Positions 48,021 to 60,881 of a stretch of 64,000 nucleotides of DNA are shown piece after piece. The stretch is from positions 2,852,001-2,916,000 of the forward strand of contig NW_027590119.1 of the NCBI RefSeq assembly GCF_964213995.1, written 5' to 3'. The DNA is from Mustelus asterias. Its lineage: Eukaryota. The stretch's first letter is position 1, and each line of letters begins with the position of its first letter. The translations under genes were made by a program, and so were the position numbers. The notes beneath the pieces are model-generated. The model had not been told where the DNA came from. It saw only the letters and a program-made list of their open reading frames with translations, and ran no database searches.

Positions 48021-48614
48021 AACTAAGAACAAGAAATGTATCGATAAAATGATTAGAGAACAGAGCCAACATTTTGAGTCTGAATGATACTTCATGAGAG
48101 CTGTTATGAAGGGTCATCCATTATCGAAACCTTGGCTCCATTCTTCACAGGTGCTGTCAGACCTACTGAGATTTTCCAGCATTTTGTGTTTTTGTTTCAG
48201 ATTCCGGTATCTGCAGTATTTTACTCTTCTGATGAAATGATTAGTTCTGATTGGAATCCCCATGACCCTCCTTCAAAACAGAGGGAGTGGTGGCAGAAGG
48301 AGAAAAAGGATCAGGATGATAAAGTCTGGGTTCTGATTCTCCGAGCCCATGTAGAATTAACAAAATGAGTGAACCAGTTTATAAAGAACAGAAGTTACCC
48401 ATCCCTAACAAAAACTGAACAAATTAAAATAATTAGGTTGAGGAAGAGAACAAAAGAATTCATAGATAAAGTTTAAAATCAACTTTGTTTTGTTGTTAGA
48501 GAAGTTTTTAAAAATTATGTAAAGTGATGTAACTGTGTGCCAAGTTTCTTCTCACTCCCCACCCCTTTCGGTTCTGTAGAAAAGTTAACCCTTTCAGCAG
48601 ACAGTTGATTTAGT

Positions 48615-51320
48615 CATGGAGTCATAGAGGTTTCCAGCTTGGAAACGGGCCCTTCAGCCCAACTTGTCCATGCCGCCCCTTTTTTAACCCCTGTGCTCAT
48701 CCCAATTGTCCACGTTTGGCCCATATCCCTCGACACCCATCTTACCCATGTAACTGTCTAAACGCTTTTTAAAAGACAAAATTGTACCTGCCTCTACTAC
48801 TACCTCTGGCACCTTTTTCCAGACACTCACCACCCTCTGTGTGAAACAAGTGCCCCTCTGGACCCTTCTGTATCTCTCCCCTCTCACCTTAAACCTATGC
48901 CCTCTAGTTTTAGACTCCCCTACCTTTGGGAAAAGATATTGACTATCTAGCTGATCTATGCCCCTCATTATTTTATAGACCTCTATAAGTTCACCCCTAA
49001 GCCTCCTACATTCCAGGGAAAAAAGTCCCAGTCTATCCAGCCTCTCTTTATAACTCAAATCATCAAGTCCCGGTAGCATCCCAGTAAATCTTTTCTGCAG
49101 TCTTTCTAGTTTAATAATATCCTTTCTATCATAGGGTGACCAGAACTGTACACAGTATTCCAAGTGTGGCCTTACCAATGTCTTGTAAAACTTCAACAAG
49201 ACATTCCAACTCCTGTATTCAATGTTCTGACCAACATGCAGAATGCCTTCTTCACCACTCTGTCCACCTGCAACTCCATTTTCAAGGAGCTATGTACCTG
49301 TACCCCTAGATTTCTGTTCTGTAACTCTCCCCAACACCCTACCATTAACTGAGTAAGTCCTGTCCTGGTTCGATCGCCCAAAATGGATTACCTTGCATTT
49401 ATCTAAATTAAACTCCATCTGCCATTCGTCAGCCCACTGGCCCAATTGATCAAGATCGCGCTACAATCCTAGATAGCCTTCTCCACTGTCCACAATGCCA
49501 CCAACTTTGGTGTCATCTGAAAACTTACTACACATGCCTCCTACATTCTCATCCAAATCATTAATATAAATGACAAATAACAGTGGACCCAGCACCGATC
49601 CTTGAGGCACACCGCTGGTCACAGGCTCCAGTTTGAAAAACAACCTTCTACAACCACCCTCTGTCTTCTGTCATCAAGCCAATTTTGTATCCATTTGGCT
49701 AACTCACCCTGGATTTCATTAGATTTAACCTTAAGCAACAACCTACCTTGCGGTACCTTGTCAAAGGCCTTGCTAAAGTCCACGTAGACAGCATCACCTG
49801 TACTGCCCTGATCTACCTTCTTGGTTACCCCTTCAAAAAACTCAATCAAATTTGTGAGACATGATTTTCCACTCACAAAGCCATGCTGACCGTCCCTAAT
49901 CAGTCCTTGTGTCTCCAAATGCCTGTAGATCCTGTCTCTCAAATACCTTCTGACAACTTACAGATGTGAATCACACCGCCCTTTAGTTCCCAGGCTTTTC
50001 CCTGCAGCCCTTTTTAAACAAAGGCTCCACATTTGCCACCCTCCAATCTTTAGGCACCTCACCCGTGACTATCGATGATTCAAATATCTCTGCTAGGAGA
50101 CCCGCAATTTCCTCCCTAGCCTCCCACAGTGTTCTGGGATACACTTCATCAGGTCCCGGGGATTTATCTACCTTGATGCGCTTTGTGACTTCCAGCACCT
50201 CCTTCTCTGTTATAAGTACACTTCTCAAGACATCACTTTATTTCCCCAAGTTCCCTAACATCCATGCTTTTCTCAACAATAAATAATGATGAAAAATATT
50301 CATTTATGATCTCACCCATCTCTTGTGGATCCGCACATAGATGACCTTGTTGATCCTTAAGAGGCCCTACTCTCTACCTAGTTACTCTTTGGCACTTTAT
50401 GTATTTATAGAACCTCTTTGGATTCTCCTTTGCCTTATCTGCCAAAACAATCTCGTGTCCCCTTTTTGCCCTCCTGACTTCTCTCTTAATTCTACTCCTA
50501 CACCCTCGAAACTCTTCAAGGGATCCACTTGATCCCAGCTGCCGATGCATGTCATGTGCCTCCTTCTTCTTGACGAGGGCTTCAATATCTCGAGTCATCC
50601 AGGGTTCCCGACTTCTACCAGCCTTGCCCATCACTCTAAGAGCAATGTGCTTACCCTGAACCCTGGTTAAAACACTTTTGAAAGCCTCCCACTTACCAGA
50701 CGTCCCTTTGCCTTCCCACAGACTCCCCCAGTTAACTGTCGAAAGTTCCTGCCTGATACCATCAACATTGGCCTTTCCCTAATTTAGAATTTTAACTTTT
50801 GGACCTGACCAATCATTTTCCATAGGTATCTTAAAACTAATGGAATTATGGTCACTGGTCCCAAAGTGATCCCTCACTCACACTTCTATCACCTGCCCTT
50901 CCTTATTTCCCAAGAGGAGGTGAACTTTTGCCCCTCTCTAGTCGGGCCATCCACATACTGAATGAGAAATTCCTCCTGAATACACTCAACAAATTTCTCT
51001 CCATCCAAGCCTCTAATACTATGGCTGTCCCAGTCAATGTTGGGAAAGTTAAAATCCCCGACTATTACCACCCAATTTTTCTTGGAACTATCTGTAATCT
51101 CCTTACATATTTGCTCCTCAATTTCCCACCGACTATTTGGGGGCCTATAGTACAACCATATCAAAGTGATTTCCCCCTTCTTTCTCAGTTCAACCCTTTT
51201 GACTCAGTAGGCGAACCCTCGGATATATCCCCTCTCAGTACTGCCGTGATGTTTTCCTGAATCAAAAGTGCAACTCCCCCTCCTTTCTTTCCTCCTGTTC
51301 TATCTTTCCTCTGGCATCTT
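48615..51320 (-). mobile_element. CR1 LINE, about 2.7 kb, endonuclease to tail, multiple frameshifts
   Basis: YYRPPN..GDFNFPNIDW (APE), [40 protein letters not shown]. Confidence 0.93.
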
Positions 51321-52175
51321 GTTTTTAACTTGTTTTTAAATCACCCAGAAACTCGTGTCTATTTTAGTTTATAATTGTGGATTTATTGGAGCCAGTTAAA
51401 TGTGGAAATTTTAAGCATACCCTGGAGGAATTTGGAATAACTGAGAATTTTATTTTGTTGTCACCTCAACACCAGATAAAGAACAAAGAGTTTGCAGGTG
51501 GTAACGTGTTTGGGATTTTAAATTAACAAAGATTAGATGTTGCTGATAAAATCAGGCCTTGGAAGTTGGCTTAAAAAGGGTTAAGTTACAATGAAGGATC
51601 TTGCATCTTATTTTAATCAAGGAGTTGTGAGCTTGTAGTGCTCTGTCGCTTTAAGAAGTTATAGCTGCGAGAGAGAATGCTGAGGATTCATTGTTTGAAA
51701 TTTACAAGCTGTGAGAATCTGTGTGTTTTGTTTGTTTTTGTGTGGATGTTTGTAGATGTGTTTTATCATTGTTTTGGGCTACATTTGTTAAGGTTTATCT
51801 TTCTGGGGAATTAACCTTACCTTGAGTCTTTAATTAAAGGCATTTTTGGGAGTTTAAAAACAGAATCAGAAGAATGCTTAAGTAATTAATTTTGGTTATT
51901 ATTGTAAAGCACATGCTAAGTTTCTCTGTTGGTGTGTGGATGATATTTGTGGGTTGAACGCTTTAAGCTTTGAGGTTTTTTGTCTGTGATTTAAATCAAA
52001 CAGATTTTTAAAATGGAAGTGTAATGAATAAAGCTTTTTTTTTCAAAAGTTATGAACCTGGAGCCATATTTACTGTCCAGAGACAGGATTCCAGGATATT
52101 TTACTAAACATGTGGGAATTTTAATCCAGATAAAACTCACTCATGAAATTGAGAGTTTTAATTTGTCATGGTTAT

Positions 52176-52752
52176 TGTAAGGGGAAGTTTTCTCACTTCC
52201 TACCAGCATGAAAGACAAGCAGACATGAGTACAGTACAAAAAGGCAACACAAATTTTATTCTCTGTTTAAAATAACAAAACCGCAGGCCTGGGGAGAGAC
52301 AGCTGCTCGTCAACTGCTCTGCCTGGCCATTATGCGCTTTACAGTTTATAGGGTTTTGAACTTCATGCCAAACATATGGTAATAGGTTCAACATTTACGA
52401 CAAGTTACATGATCAGTACCAGCTCATAACACAAAGCAGTGGCACAATAGCGAGATATTAAAACAGCCATTATAGATAGGTGGAGCTGATCCCATTTCCC
52501 CTGGGCTGATCTGTTTCTGGAGGGCTCCCTTTGTGATTTGAGCTTCTTGCATAATCTAATCAGTTGAGCTATTGTCTGTGTTTCCCTGCTTGGAGTCTAA
52601 AGTGATTAAGGCTGTCTGAAGTGATTAGGGGGTGCAAGGAGCCTCTCCATGAGTCATCGCATTGCTGTGAACTGTTGACAATATTTTAAAATAAATTTGA
52701 TATACACACGTAAAAATATCCATGATATTAAGCATAAAGGTCGCCCCCTTCA
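52176..52752 (-). mobile_element. Solo LTR, 577 bp
   Basis: TGTAAGGGG...CCCCCTTCA termini, 5-bp TSD GTTAT (52171-52175 / 52753-52757). TATAAA and AATAAA on the minus strand. Confidence 0.8.
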
Positions 52753-53159
52753 GTTATTTAAAATTTGGTACATATGAAACGATTCTGACCAATCCTGTGT
52801 TGGATTGATCTTGGGTTAAACTTCCTGTCAGGTCCAAAGATTTAATCCTGACACAATTAACACAATGAAAAGGAAAATTCTGGAATTGGATACTGAAGAA
52901 CAGAGTTTAAAAGGAGAGATTATTAAATAGAAATGTTCCCAGACCGTGTGGTCATTAGATTGAAACAAAGGAAGGGTGCTGACATCCATTTGAGAATTTT
53001 TAATCCACCCCTTTTCAAACTGAGTCTATGTACAAAGAAAACCCCAAGGATGGTAGACGAGGGGGTCTGGAAAACATCATGATGGGGGCACCTATCTGTC
53101 CATGAGATGATCACAAAGCCCCATAATGCCCAGATACTAATTTTATTGAACCTATAATG

Positions 53160-53520
53160 TATGTAATCTATCACCATTCTGATTGGATTGTGTCCAGCCG
53201 GGATGGGCTGAGTAACTGGATAAGAATTGATGATATTCTTTGTTGGGTGGAGTTGCACATGGTCAGCCCCTGTGGCTTCTCCCCGCTGGCGTAACTCAAT
53301 AAACTGTTTGTCGATTGAATCAGGTTTGAGTGTTGAATGATTCTTCTGAGTTCATTCCCCACAACACACTGGGTACATTACCACTTCATCCTCGGGAGTG
53401 GCCTGATAGGCCGTGGTCCAGACTACATGTGGACTTTGGGGGGCCTTTCATGAATCACATGTTTTTGCTTGTTGTAGATGCACATTCAAAATGCTTGGAA
53501 GCACAGATCATGAGTAATAT
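53160..53520 (+). mobile_element. Gypsy (Mag-like) relic: LTR-like end plus integrase fragment
   Basis: PLHPREWPDRPWSRLHVDFGGPFMNHMFLLVVDAHSK. Upstream AATAAA...CAACA. Confidence 0.75.
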
Positions 53521-54184
53521 TCCAGGGCAATTAGGACTAGCTTAGTGGTAAAAACTGGGCAGCATGGACAAGTTGGGCCGAAAGGCCTGTTTCCATGCTG
53601 TAAACCTCTACGACTCTAACTACCTTTTTTGTGGCCTGAAGTTCCCACAATTGGAAAGCAGCCAGATTAGTTAAATAGACAGCATTAATTGTGAGACAAT
53701 TAAATAATAAATGATTCATTAATACATATGTTATAAAGGCTGGAAATATAAATTTGAACACAGGTTTATAGCTTTTAGAATTATAAACACTTTAAGAATG
53801 GTTAAAATGCTGTGGGAATTATAAGATGTTCCCTTCCCATGCTGACAGAATAAAGAAAGATGAAAGGACTTGTTAACCTTGACTGGAGGGAATGAATCGG
53901 CTCCTGTTCAAGATGTCTCAACATTGAATGACTGATGTGAACCAATTATCGGTCAACACTTGGGCTACCCCAAGCTAAGAGATATCGTTTGAGAGAAAGG
54001 TATGTCTTAAAATTAAGACAATATGTGCAATTAGCTAAAAACCAAATCAATTTCATTATTGACAAGTTATAGACCAATTGGCTAATTCCTAACAATTAGC
54101 TGAGGATGGCTTTCTACATTTTGAAAGTATAAAAAAGGGGATTCGAGAAACCAATCTGGTAGAAGTTTTTAAAAGTTAACTTTT

Positions 54185-54475
54185 TTTATAGTTTGTTTAT
54201 TAGTGTCACACATAGACTTACATTAACATTGCAATGAAGTTACTCTGATAATCCCCCAGTCGCCACACTCTGGTGCCTGTTTGGGTAAACTGAGGAAGAA
54301 TTTAGCATGGCCAATGTACCCAACCAGCACGTCTTTCGGACTGTGGGAGGAAACCGGAGCACCCAGAGGAAACCTGCACAGACACGGGGAGAATGGGCGA
54401 ACTCCGCACAGCCAGTGACCCAAGCCGGGACTCGAACCCTCTGCTGTGAGGCAGCAGTGCCTCACACTGTGCCCT
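54185..54475 (-). mobile_element. V-SINE, tail B
   Basis: Same structure as 9298-9565. Confidence 0.8.
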
Positions 54476-55330
54476 ACAGAGAGACGTTGAGAGCTGCTGG
54501 TTTTACAAGTTATCCACGTTTTCAGAGCCATCACTTCATGTCCTGGTTTGAGAAGGATGGAGAAGTTGAAGTTAAGCTCTCCTCCTTTTGCTGTTGATCG
54601 ATACTTTGCTTTTTTATCTTTCTGACTCGTTACATTTTTAATGGTTAATAAACTTTCTGAATTCACCATTTAAAGTGTTCTTTCTTGCCATATGATTAAG
54701 TCACTGGAACCTGGTGTGATTTACGATTGGGGAGGTTATTGTAAACAAGAGAACCCTCATAAATCTTAGTTCAAACAAATCAAAGTTCTTATAAATGGAA
54801 TGCTATCCTTTATTCTGAGAGAAATTGAACATAGAAGTAAAGATGTTATGCTTCAGTTGTGCAGGGCGTTGCTGAGATTGCACCTTGAACACAGGGTACA
54901 ATTTTGTCTCCTATTAAACAAAGGATATAAATACATTGGAAGCAGTTCAGAGGAGGTTTACAAGATTGATTCCCAATCCAGTAGTGTGAAACATTAACAC
55001 TGTTTCTCTCTCCACAGATGCTGCAAGACGTGTTGTGTTTTTCCAGTCCTTTCTGTATTTATTTTAAATCTACCTGTAGTGGTAGGAAAAACACTATTTA
55101 CTATCCAGGATAAAATAAATGTCCTTCATCAGCTTTTGTGGATCATTTCAGTGGCAATGTGCTCTCCCAGGCTCAAAGAGCATCAGCGAACTGGAAGCAA
55201 AGTCGTGAGACCGGCCAGTCCAGCAGAAAGAAACCCTCCGACCCTCCCACTTCACCAACTGTCAGAATGAACATGGTTCAGTCCTGGATGTGATTAACAG
55301 CAGCAATAAAACAGAATCCAACCCCTGTCA

Positions 55331-55789
<459 letters not shown>

Positions 55790-55803
55790 TCAATTAAATC
55801 TCA

Positions 55804-55911
<108 letters not shown>

Positions 55912-56647
55912 TCAGGTGTGTCTGTGTCTTGGTGTATTTCCAGTCACATTTATGTTATAAAAAATTCTGACGCAGACAGAACATTAAAAGATTTCTCCTT
56001 CAAGATTGAAAGGCCAATGATATTCGGGTCCCAATCAATCAAATGTCTGTCAGATGTTGATGTGACGTTTGATTCGAGATTTCTGTCTGTAAATCCCCAC
56101 CTTCTGATATCCTGCAAAAGGAGATTACAAAATTCATCAGTGTCAGTACAGGACAGAAATTCAGAACAGACAATTCTAGTTTCTATGGAACATTCTTTCC
56201 TCTCTCATTCCCCAAACACAGTAAATCTCCATCCCACACACTCTCCCTCAATTCTCACTCTGCTGTATCTAATATTCACCCTCCCAATTCTCCTGAAGGT
56301 GCTGATTGAGGCTGATTGACAGATCCATGCTCACGGCTTCCTGTCCTGGACACAGGGAGCTGAAAATCTCCATGCAGGCTGCCAGACAGATGTCTATAAT
56401 ACTGGATAAAAGTGTAACATACAGGACATTACTTGAGTAGTGGTAGAGCAGGAATTTGAGGAAGATTTATATTTAGGTAGGGAGAGCACATGATCTAGAA
56501 CTCGCTGCCTATGAGGATGGTGGAACAGAAGATTCAATCATTTCAAAATGAAATTGGATGGGTACTTGAAGGAAATAAAACTTGCAGAGGAATGTTGATA
56601 GAGAGAAAGAACAGGATTCTCCAGAGAATCAATCTGCAGTCCATAAG

Positions 56648-56805
56648 ATGACGTGGAGATGTCGGCGTTGGACTGGGGTGGGCACACAACACCAGGTTCA
56701 TCAGGTGAGTGGCCATTCACCTGATGAAGGAGCAGTGCTCCGAAAGCTCGTGCGATCAAATAAACCTGTTGGACTTTAACCTGGTATTGTGAGACTTCTT
56801 ACTGT
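56648..56805. mobile_element. Miniature inverted Penelope remnant
   Basis: Both-orientation terminal fragments meet in the palindrome TTCATCAGGTGAGTGG|CCATTCACCTGATGAA. Confidence 0.75.
56718..56752 (+). ncRNA. Minimal hammerhead ribozyme motif
   Basis: CAC CTGATGA A GGAGC agt GCTCC GAAA GCT C GTG. Confidence 0.78.
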
Positions 56806-56875
56806 TTATAAGATGTACAGGTTAGGTTGATTGGCCATGCTCAATTGCCACTTAGTGTCCCAGGATGTGTGGGTT

Positions 56876-57072
56876 GGGGGGGCAATGCTCGGGGGGGGGC
56901 AATGCTCGGGGGGGGGGCAATGCCCGGGGGGGGCAAAGCCCGGGGGGGGCAAAGCCCGGGGGGGGGGGGGGCAAAGCCCGGGGGGGGGCAAAGCCCGGGG
57001 GGGGGGGCAAAGCCCGGGGGGGGGGGGGCAAAGCCCAGGGGGGGGGGCAAAGCCCAGGGGGGGGGGGGAGGG
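56876..57072 (+). repeat. G-rich tandem repeat (Gn-CAAAGCCC / Gn-CAATGCTC), G-quadruplex-like
   Basis: About 11 G runs of 7-14 nt separated by 8-nt spacers. Confidence 0.9.
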
Positions 57073-57074
57073 AC

Positions 57075-58168
57075 AGAGAGATAGTAAAAGTTTTTACAAA
57101 TATATAAAAAGGAAAAGAGTAGCTAAAGTAAATGTTGGACCCTTAGTAGATGAGAAGGGGGATTTAATAATGGGAAACGAGGAAATGGCTGAGGCCTTAA
57201 ACAAGTTTTTTGTATCAGTCTTCACGGTAGAGGACACAAATAGCTTACCGAAAATTGACGGTCATGGGACTGTAGGGGATGAGGTCCTTAAAATGATTAC
57301 TATTACTAAAGAGGTAGTGCTTGGGAGGCTAATGGGACTAAAGGTAGACAAGTCCCCGGGCCCGGATGGAATGCATCCCAGGGTACTGAAAGAAATGGCA
57401 GAAGTAATAGAGGATGCGTTGGTTGTAATTTATCAAAATACGCTGGACTCTGGGGAAGTGCCGGCTGATTGGAAAACAGCTAATGTGACGCCACTGTTTA
57501 AAAAAGGAGGTAGACAAAAGGCGGGTAACTACAGGCCGGTTAGCTTAACGTCCGTAGTTGGGAAATTGCTGGAATTCATCATTAAGGAAGAAATAGCAGG
57601 ACACCTGGAAAAAAATGGTTTGATCAAGCAGACGCAGCATGGATTCATGAAGGGAAAGTCGTGTTTGACAAATTTACTGGATTTTTATGTTGATGTAACG
57701 AGTGCGGTTGACAGAGGGGAACCAGTGGATGTGGTGTTTTTGGATTTCCAGAAGGCGTTCGATAAGGTGCCTCACAAAAGGTTGCTGCAGAAAATCAGGG
57801 TGCACGGAGTTAGGGGTAAAGTGTTAGCGTGGATTGGGGATTGGCTATCTAACAGGAAGCAGAGAGTTGGAATAAATGGGTGCTTTTCTGGTTGGCAGTT
57901 GGTGACTAGTGGCGTGCCACAGGGATTGGTGCTGGGGCCTCAAGTATTTACCATATGCATAGACGATCTGGAGGAGGGGACCGAGTGTTGGGTAACAAAG
58001 TTTGCGGATGACACAAAGATGAGTGGGAAAGTGAATTGCGTGGAGGATGCGGTAAGTCTGCAGAGAGATTTGGATAGGCTAAGTGAGTGGGCGAGGATCT
58101 GGCAGATGGAGTATAGCGTTGGTAAGTGTGAGCTTATCCACTTTGGAAGGAATAATAGTAAAATGGAA
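57075..58168 (+). mobile_element. CR1 RT fragment, truncated at both ends
   Basis: Uninterrupted RT motifs (KSPGPDG, NYRPVSLTS, DFQKAFD, SGVPQG, KFADD). Stops abruptly after HFGRNNSKME. Confidence 0.93.
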
Positions 58169-58170
58169 GC

Positions 58171-58192
58171 TGCAATGCTGCCCCCTGTTGTT
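58171..58192. promoter_or_regulatory. Candidate CTCF site downstream of the V segment
   Basis: TGCAATGCTGCCCCCTGTTG resembles the CTCF core GCCCCCT.GTGG plus an upstream TGCA module. Confidence 0.5.
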
Positions 58193-58366
58193 CACTTCTC
58201 CCAGTCTCAGCATTGCAGAGTGTTTAAACAAGAATGGCACATTCAGCACCATGGAATGAGAACATTCGGACTAACTCTTCGTTATACAATTGTTCTGTTT
58301 GTATTAACAGTTCACAATCCAGGTCACAGATCTGATTCAGTGAGAGGAGGTGAGAGTGCCTTTGCA

Positions 58367-58405
58367 GGTTTTTGTACGGGCTCACTGCGCCTCTGTAGCA
58401 GTGTG
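58367..58405 (-). other. Recombination signal sequence, 23-bp spacer
   Basis: Minus strand CACACTG (58405-58399), 23 nt, ACAAAAACC (58375-58367; consensus nonamer). Confidence 0.95.
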
Positions 58406-58843
58406 GGGCTCAGCGCACAGTGATACACGGCAGAGTCAGAGACATGGACCCCAGTGATATTTAAAGGAACTGTTTTCTTGTCCTTGTCCAAATCAGCAGA
58501 AAACCGGTCAGGGAAATCTGGAGACTTTTCTCCGCCCCCCGTGCTATATTTCTGCAGTAAATATCTCGGAGCTTCCCCGGGATACTGGATGTACCAGAAG
58601 AGATTTGGAAAAGCATCCGTTGTTGTGTAATTACAATTCACTATTACGTTCAATCCTTCCTGAACCGTTAATTCAGCCGGGTCCTGGGAAACTGAATCTT
58701 GGCCATTGATTCCTGCAACAAAATGTAGAATGTGTGAGAAATCTGTGAACAAATATAACCCATGAAACACACACTGAGGATCTGAGCTCAGACTCACCGG
58801 GCAGCGTGGTCATTGTTATCAGTAAAGCACACAGGAGATACAT
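58406..58843 (-). CDS. T-cell receptor alpha/delta-type variable gene segment (germline, unrearranged)
   Basis: Leader exon 58843-58798 (MYLLCALLITMTTLP), GTGAGT..TTGCAG intron 58797-58713, V exon 58712-58406: DSVSQ..VNCNY..LFWYIQYPGEAPRYLL..RFSA..LNIT..VSDSAVYHCALSP. No stops. Confidence 0.93.
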
Positions 58844-58894
58844 GGTTCCTGATTGGACAGTAAGCAGCGACAATGTTTACAATAAGTTGCTGCC

Positions 58895-59007
58895 TCTAGT
58901 CTTATATCACAGAGTGAACTCAGATCAGAAGCAGCTTCAAGTATTCAGAAACAGGGAGGCGTTTCTCAGTGCTGCGATTGGCTCATCTCCCTGAGCTGAC
59001 GTCAGCT
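58895..59007 (-). promoter_or_regulatory. V-segment promoter: TATA-like, CCAAT and palindromic CRE
   Basis: GATATAAG at about 58905 (minus), CCAAT at about 58979 (minus), AGCTGACGTCAGCT at 58994-59007. Confidence 0.6.
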
Positions 59008-59014
59008 GCGAATC

Positions 59015-59333
59015 ATAAAATCCCTGCAGTGCAGAAGGAGGCCATTCGCCCCATCGAGTCTATACCGGTCACAATACCACCCAGGCTCCACTCCCGCAAC
59101 TCCATGTATTTACCCTGCGTATCCCCTGACGCTCGGGTCAATTTAGCATGGCCAATCAACCTAACCTGCACATCTTTGGACTGTGGGAGGAAACAGGAGA
59201 ACCCGAAGGGGACCCACGTAGACACTGGGAGAACATGCAAACTCAGACAGAAAGTGATCCGAAGCCGGAATTGAACCCGGGTCCCTGACACTGTGAGACA
59301 GCAGCGCTGACCATTGTGGCATCATGCCGCCCC
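59015..59333 (-). mobile_element. HE1-like V-SINE
   Basis: Reverse-complement head, core and tail. Confidence 0.85.
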
Positions 59334-59559
59334 GTAACCAGTGAACCAATCACTGTTAGTTAATGATTTAATATAGCTGGCACTTTCCAATCACATTCCT
59401 TCCCTGGCCGTAAACTTATTTCTAAAGTCTTTGCTCTCTCTCTGCTCTCTCCCACATCATCACTTATTCTGTCTCATTAACTGGTTAACTCGCTTTCCTC
59501 AGAACTCAGTCCATCAATCTTTCTTAAGGCAGATCCTTTTTTCTAATTTAATCATTTAT

Positions 59560-59862
59560 GGGTGACACGGTGGCGCAGTGGTTCGCATTGTTGCCTCACA
59601 GCCCCAGGGACACGGGTTCGATTCCAGCCTCGGGTCACTGTCTCTGTGGAGTTTGCACTTTCTCACCGTGTCTGCGTGGGTTTCCTCAGGTGCTCCAGTT
59701 TCCCTCCACATTCCTAAACTGTGCAGGTTTGCTGGATTGGCCACGCAAAATTACCCTAAGTGTCAGGGGATAGCAGGGTAAATATGTGGGTTACGGGGAT
59801 AGGGCCTGGGTGGGATTGTTGTCGGGACAGGCTCCATCCTGCATTGTCGGGATTCAATGATT
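59560..59862 (+). mobile_element. HE1-like V-SINE
   Basis: Head, core and partial tail. Confidence 0.85.
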
Positions 59863-59989
59863 CAGCAGCCTAACGTACAGGGATTAATGAGTAGCATCCA
59901 GGACTCAACATAATTAATAGTTAGTGCTGTAAGTATACCGGGGATAAGTAGTCACTCAACTCTGCACCAGGAAATATTTCACGGACTCA

Positions 59990-60440
59990 TAACATAGAAA
60001 CTAGAAGCAGGAGCCTTCTCCGCCATTCATCGTAATCATAGCTGATCATGGAATTCAATATCCTGATCCTCCTTCCCCCTCGACCCCTTTAGCCCCAAGA
60101 GCTATATCAAATTTCTTCTTGAAATCAGACAACGTTTTGGCCTCAACTACATTCGGTGGTATTGAATTCCATACATTCAACACTCTCTGGATGAAGGAAT
60201 TTCCCTTCACCTCAGTTTTTCCCTTATCTTCAAAAGATGACCCATGGTTCTGGATTCCACCATTGGGAACAGTCTTCTGGATCTACCCTGTCGAACCCTG
60301 TTAGAATTTTATAAGTTTCTATGAGACCCCCTCTCACTATTCGAAACCGCAGTGAATATAATCCTAACGGATTTAATCTCTCCTCATATGACAGAGCTGC
60401 CATCCCAGGAATCAGCATAGTAAATCTTCACTGTACCCCT
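59990..60440 (-). mobile_element. CR1 3' fragment
   Basis: LIPGMAALSYEERLNPLGLYSL..GGLIETYKIL. Confidence 0.85.
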
Positions 60441-60832
60441 CTATTCCCCAAATAGAAAAGCTCTGATTTCAATCAGTTATTATTTCTGCTCCACGGACTT
60501 GAAAATGGAACAATTCTGAGGCTGCATTTGATAATAGATCACTTTTAAAATGTGTCGCCGGGCAGATAGGCACCGAATCCAGAATTTTTCTAAGTACAGA
60601 TTAAGGAAGTTATTCACCCGGGGTAATCTGCAGATTTTGTGCGGATGGGATCGGAGAATGGTTGGATTTGATCCGGGAATAATAGGATGGCAAATGTGAC
60701 ATTTCACAACACTGACAATGGCTGAGCTCAGTGGGGGAATATTATTCAGCTGGGGCTGTATTGTGGCCTTCATTTCCTGCGCATTTTCGTTGAGATCCGA
60801 CTCTTTTTCTCTGACCCTGAAACGTCTGCGTC

Positions 60833-60881
60833 ACTTTTTGTATGAGGCCCGCGGGAGCCTCATTCACTGTGGGTCTCAGTG
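60833..60881 (-). other. Orphan 23-RSS with only 8-10 nt of V coding end
   Basis: Minus strand (CA)CTGAGACC, then CACAGTG (60871-60865), 23 nt, ACAAAAAGT (60841-60833). Compare CTGAGCCC|CACACTG in the intact V. Confidence 0.8.

Noticed and set aside
51320-52170. AT-rich block (and 53640-54760) as LTR-element sequence
   Set aside because: No termini, TSD or coding motif could be fixed by eye.
56831-58423. 530-aa ORF with Gly-rich N-terminus fused to RT
   Set aside because: Chance read-through of a SINE piece, G repeat, CR1 fragment and the antisense V flank. Not a gene.
58406-58843. NAR-TCR supporting V-delta or an Ig V
   Set aside because: It has its own leader and no extra CDR1 cysteine. 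Framework motifs and the CALSP end fit conventional TCR alpha/delta V.
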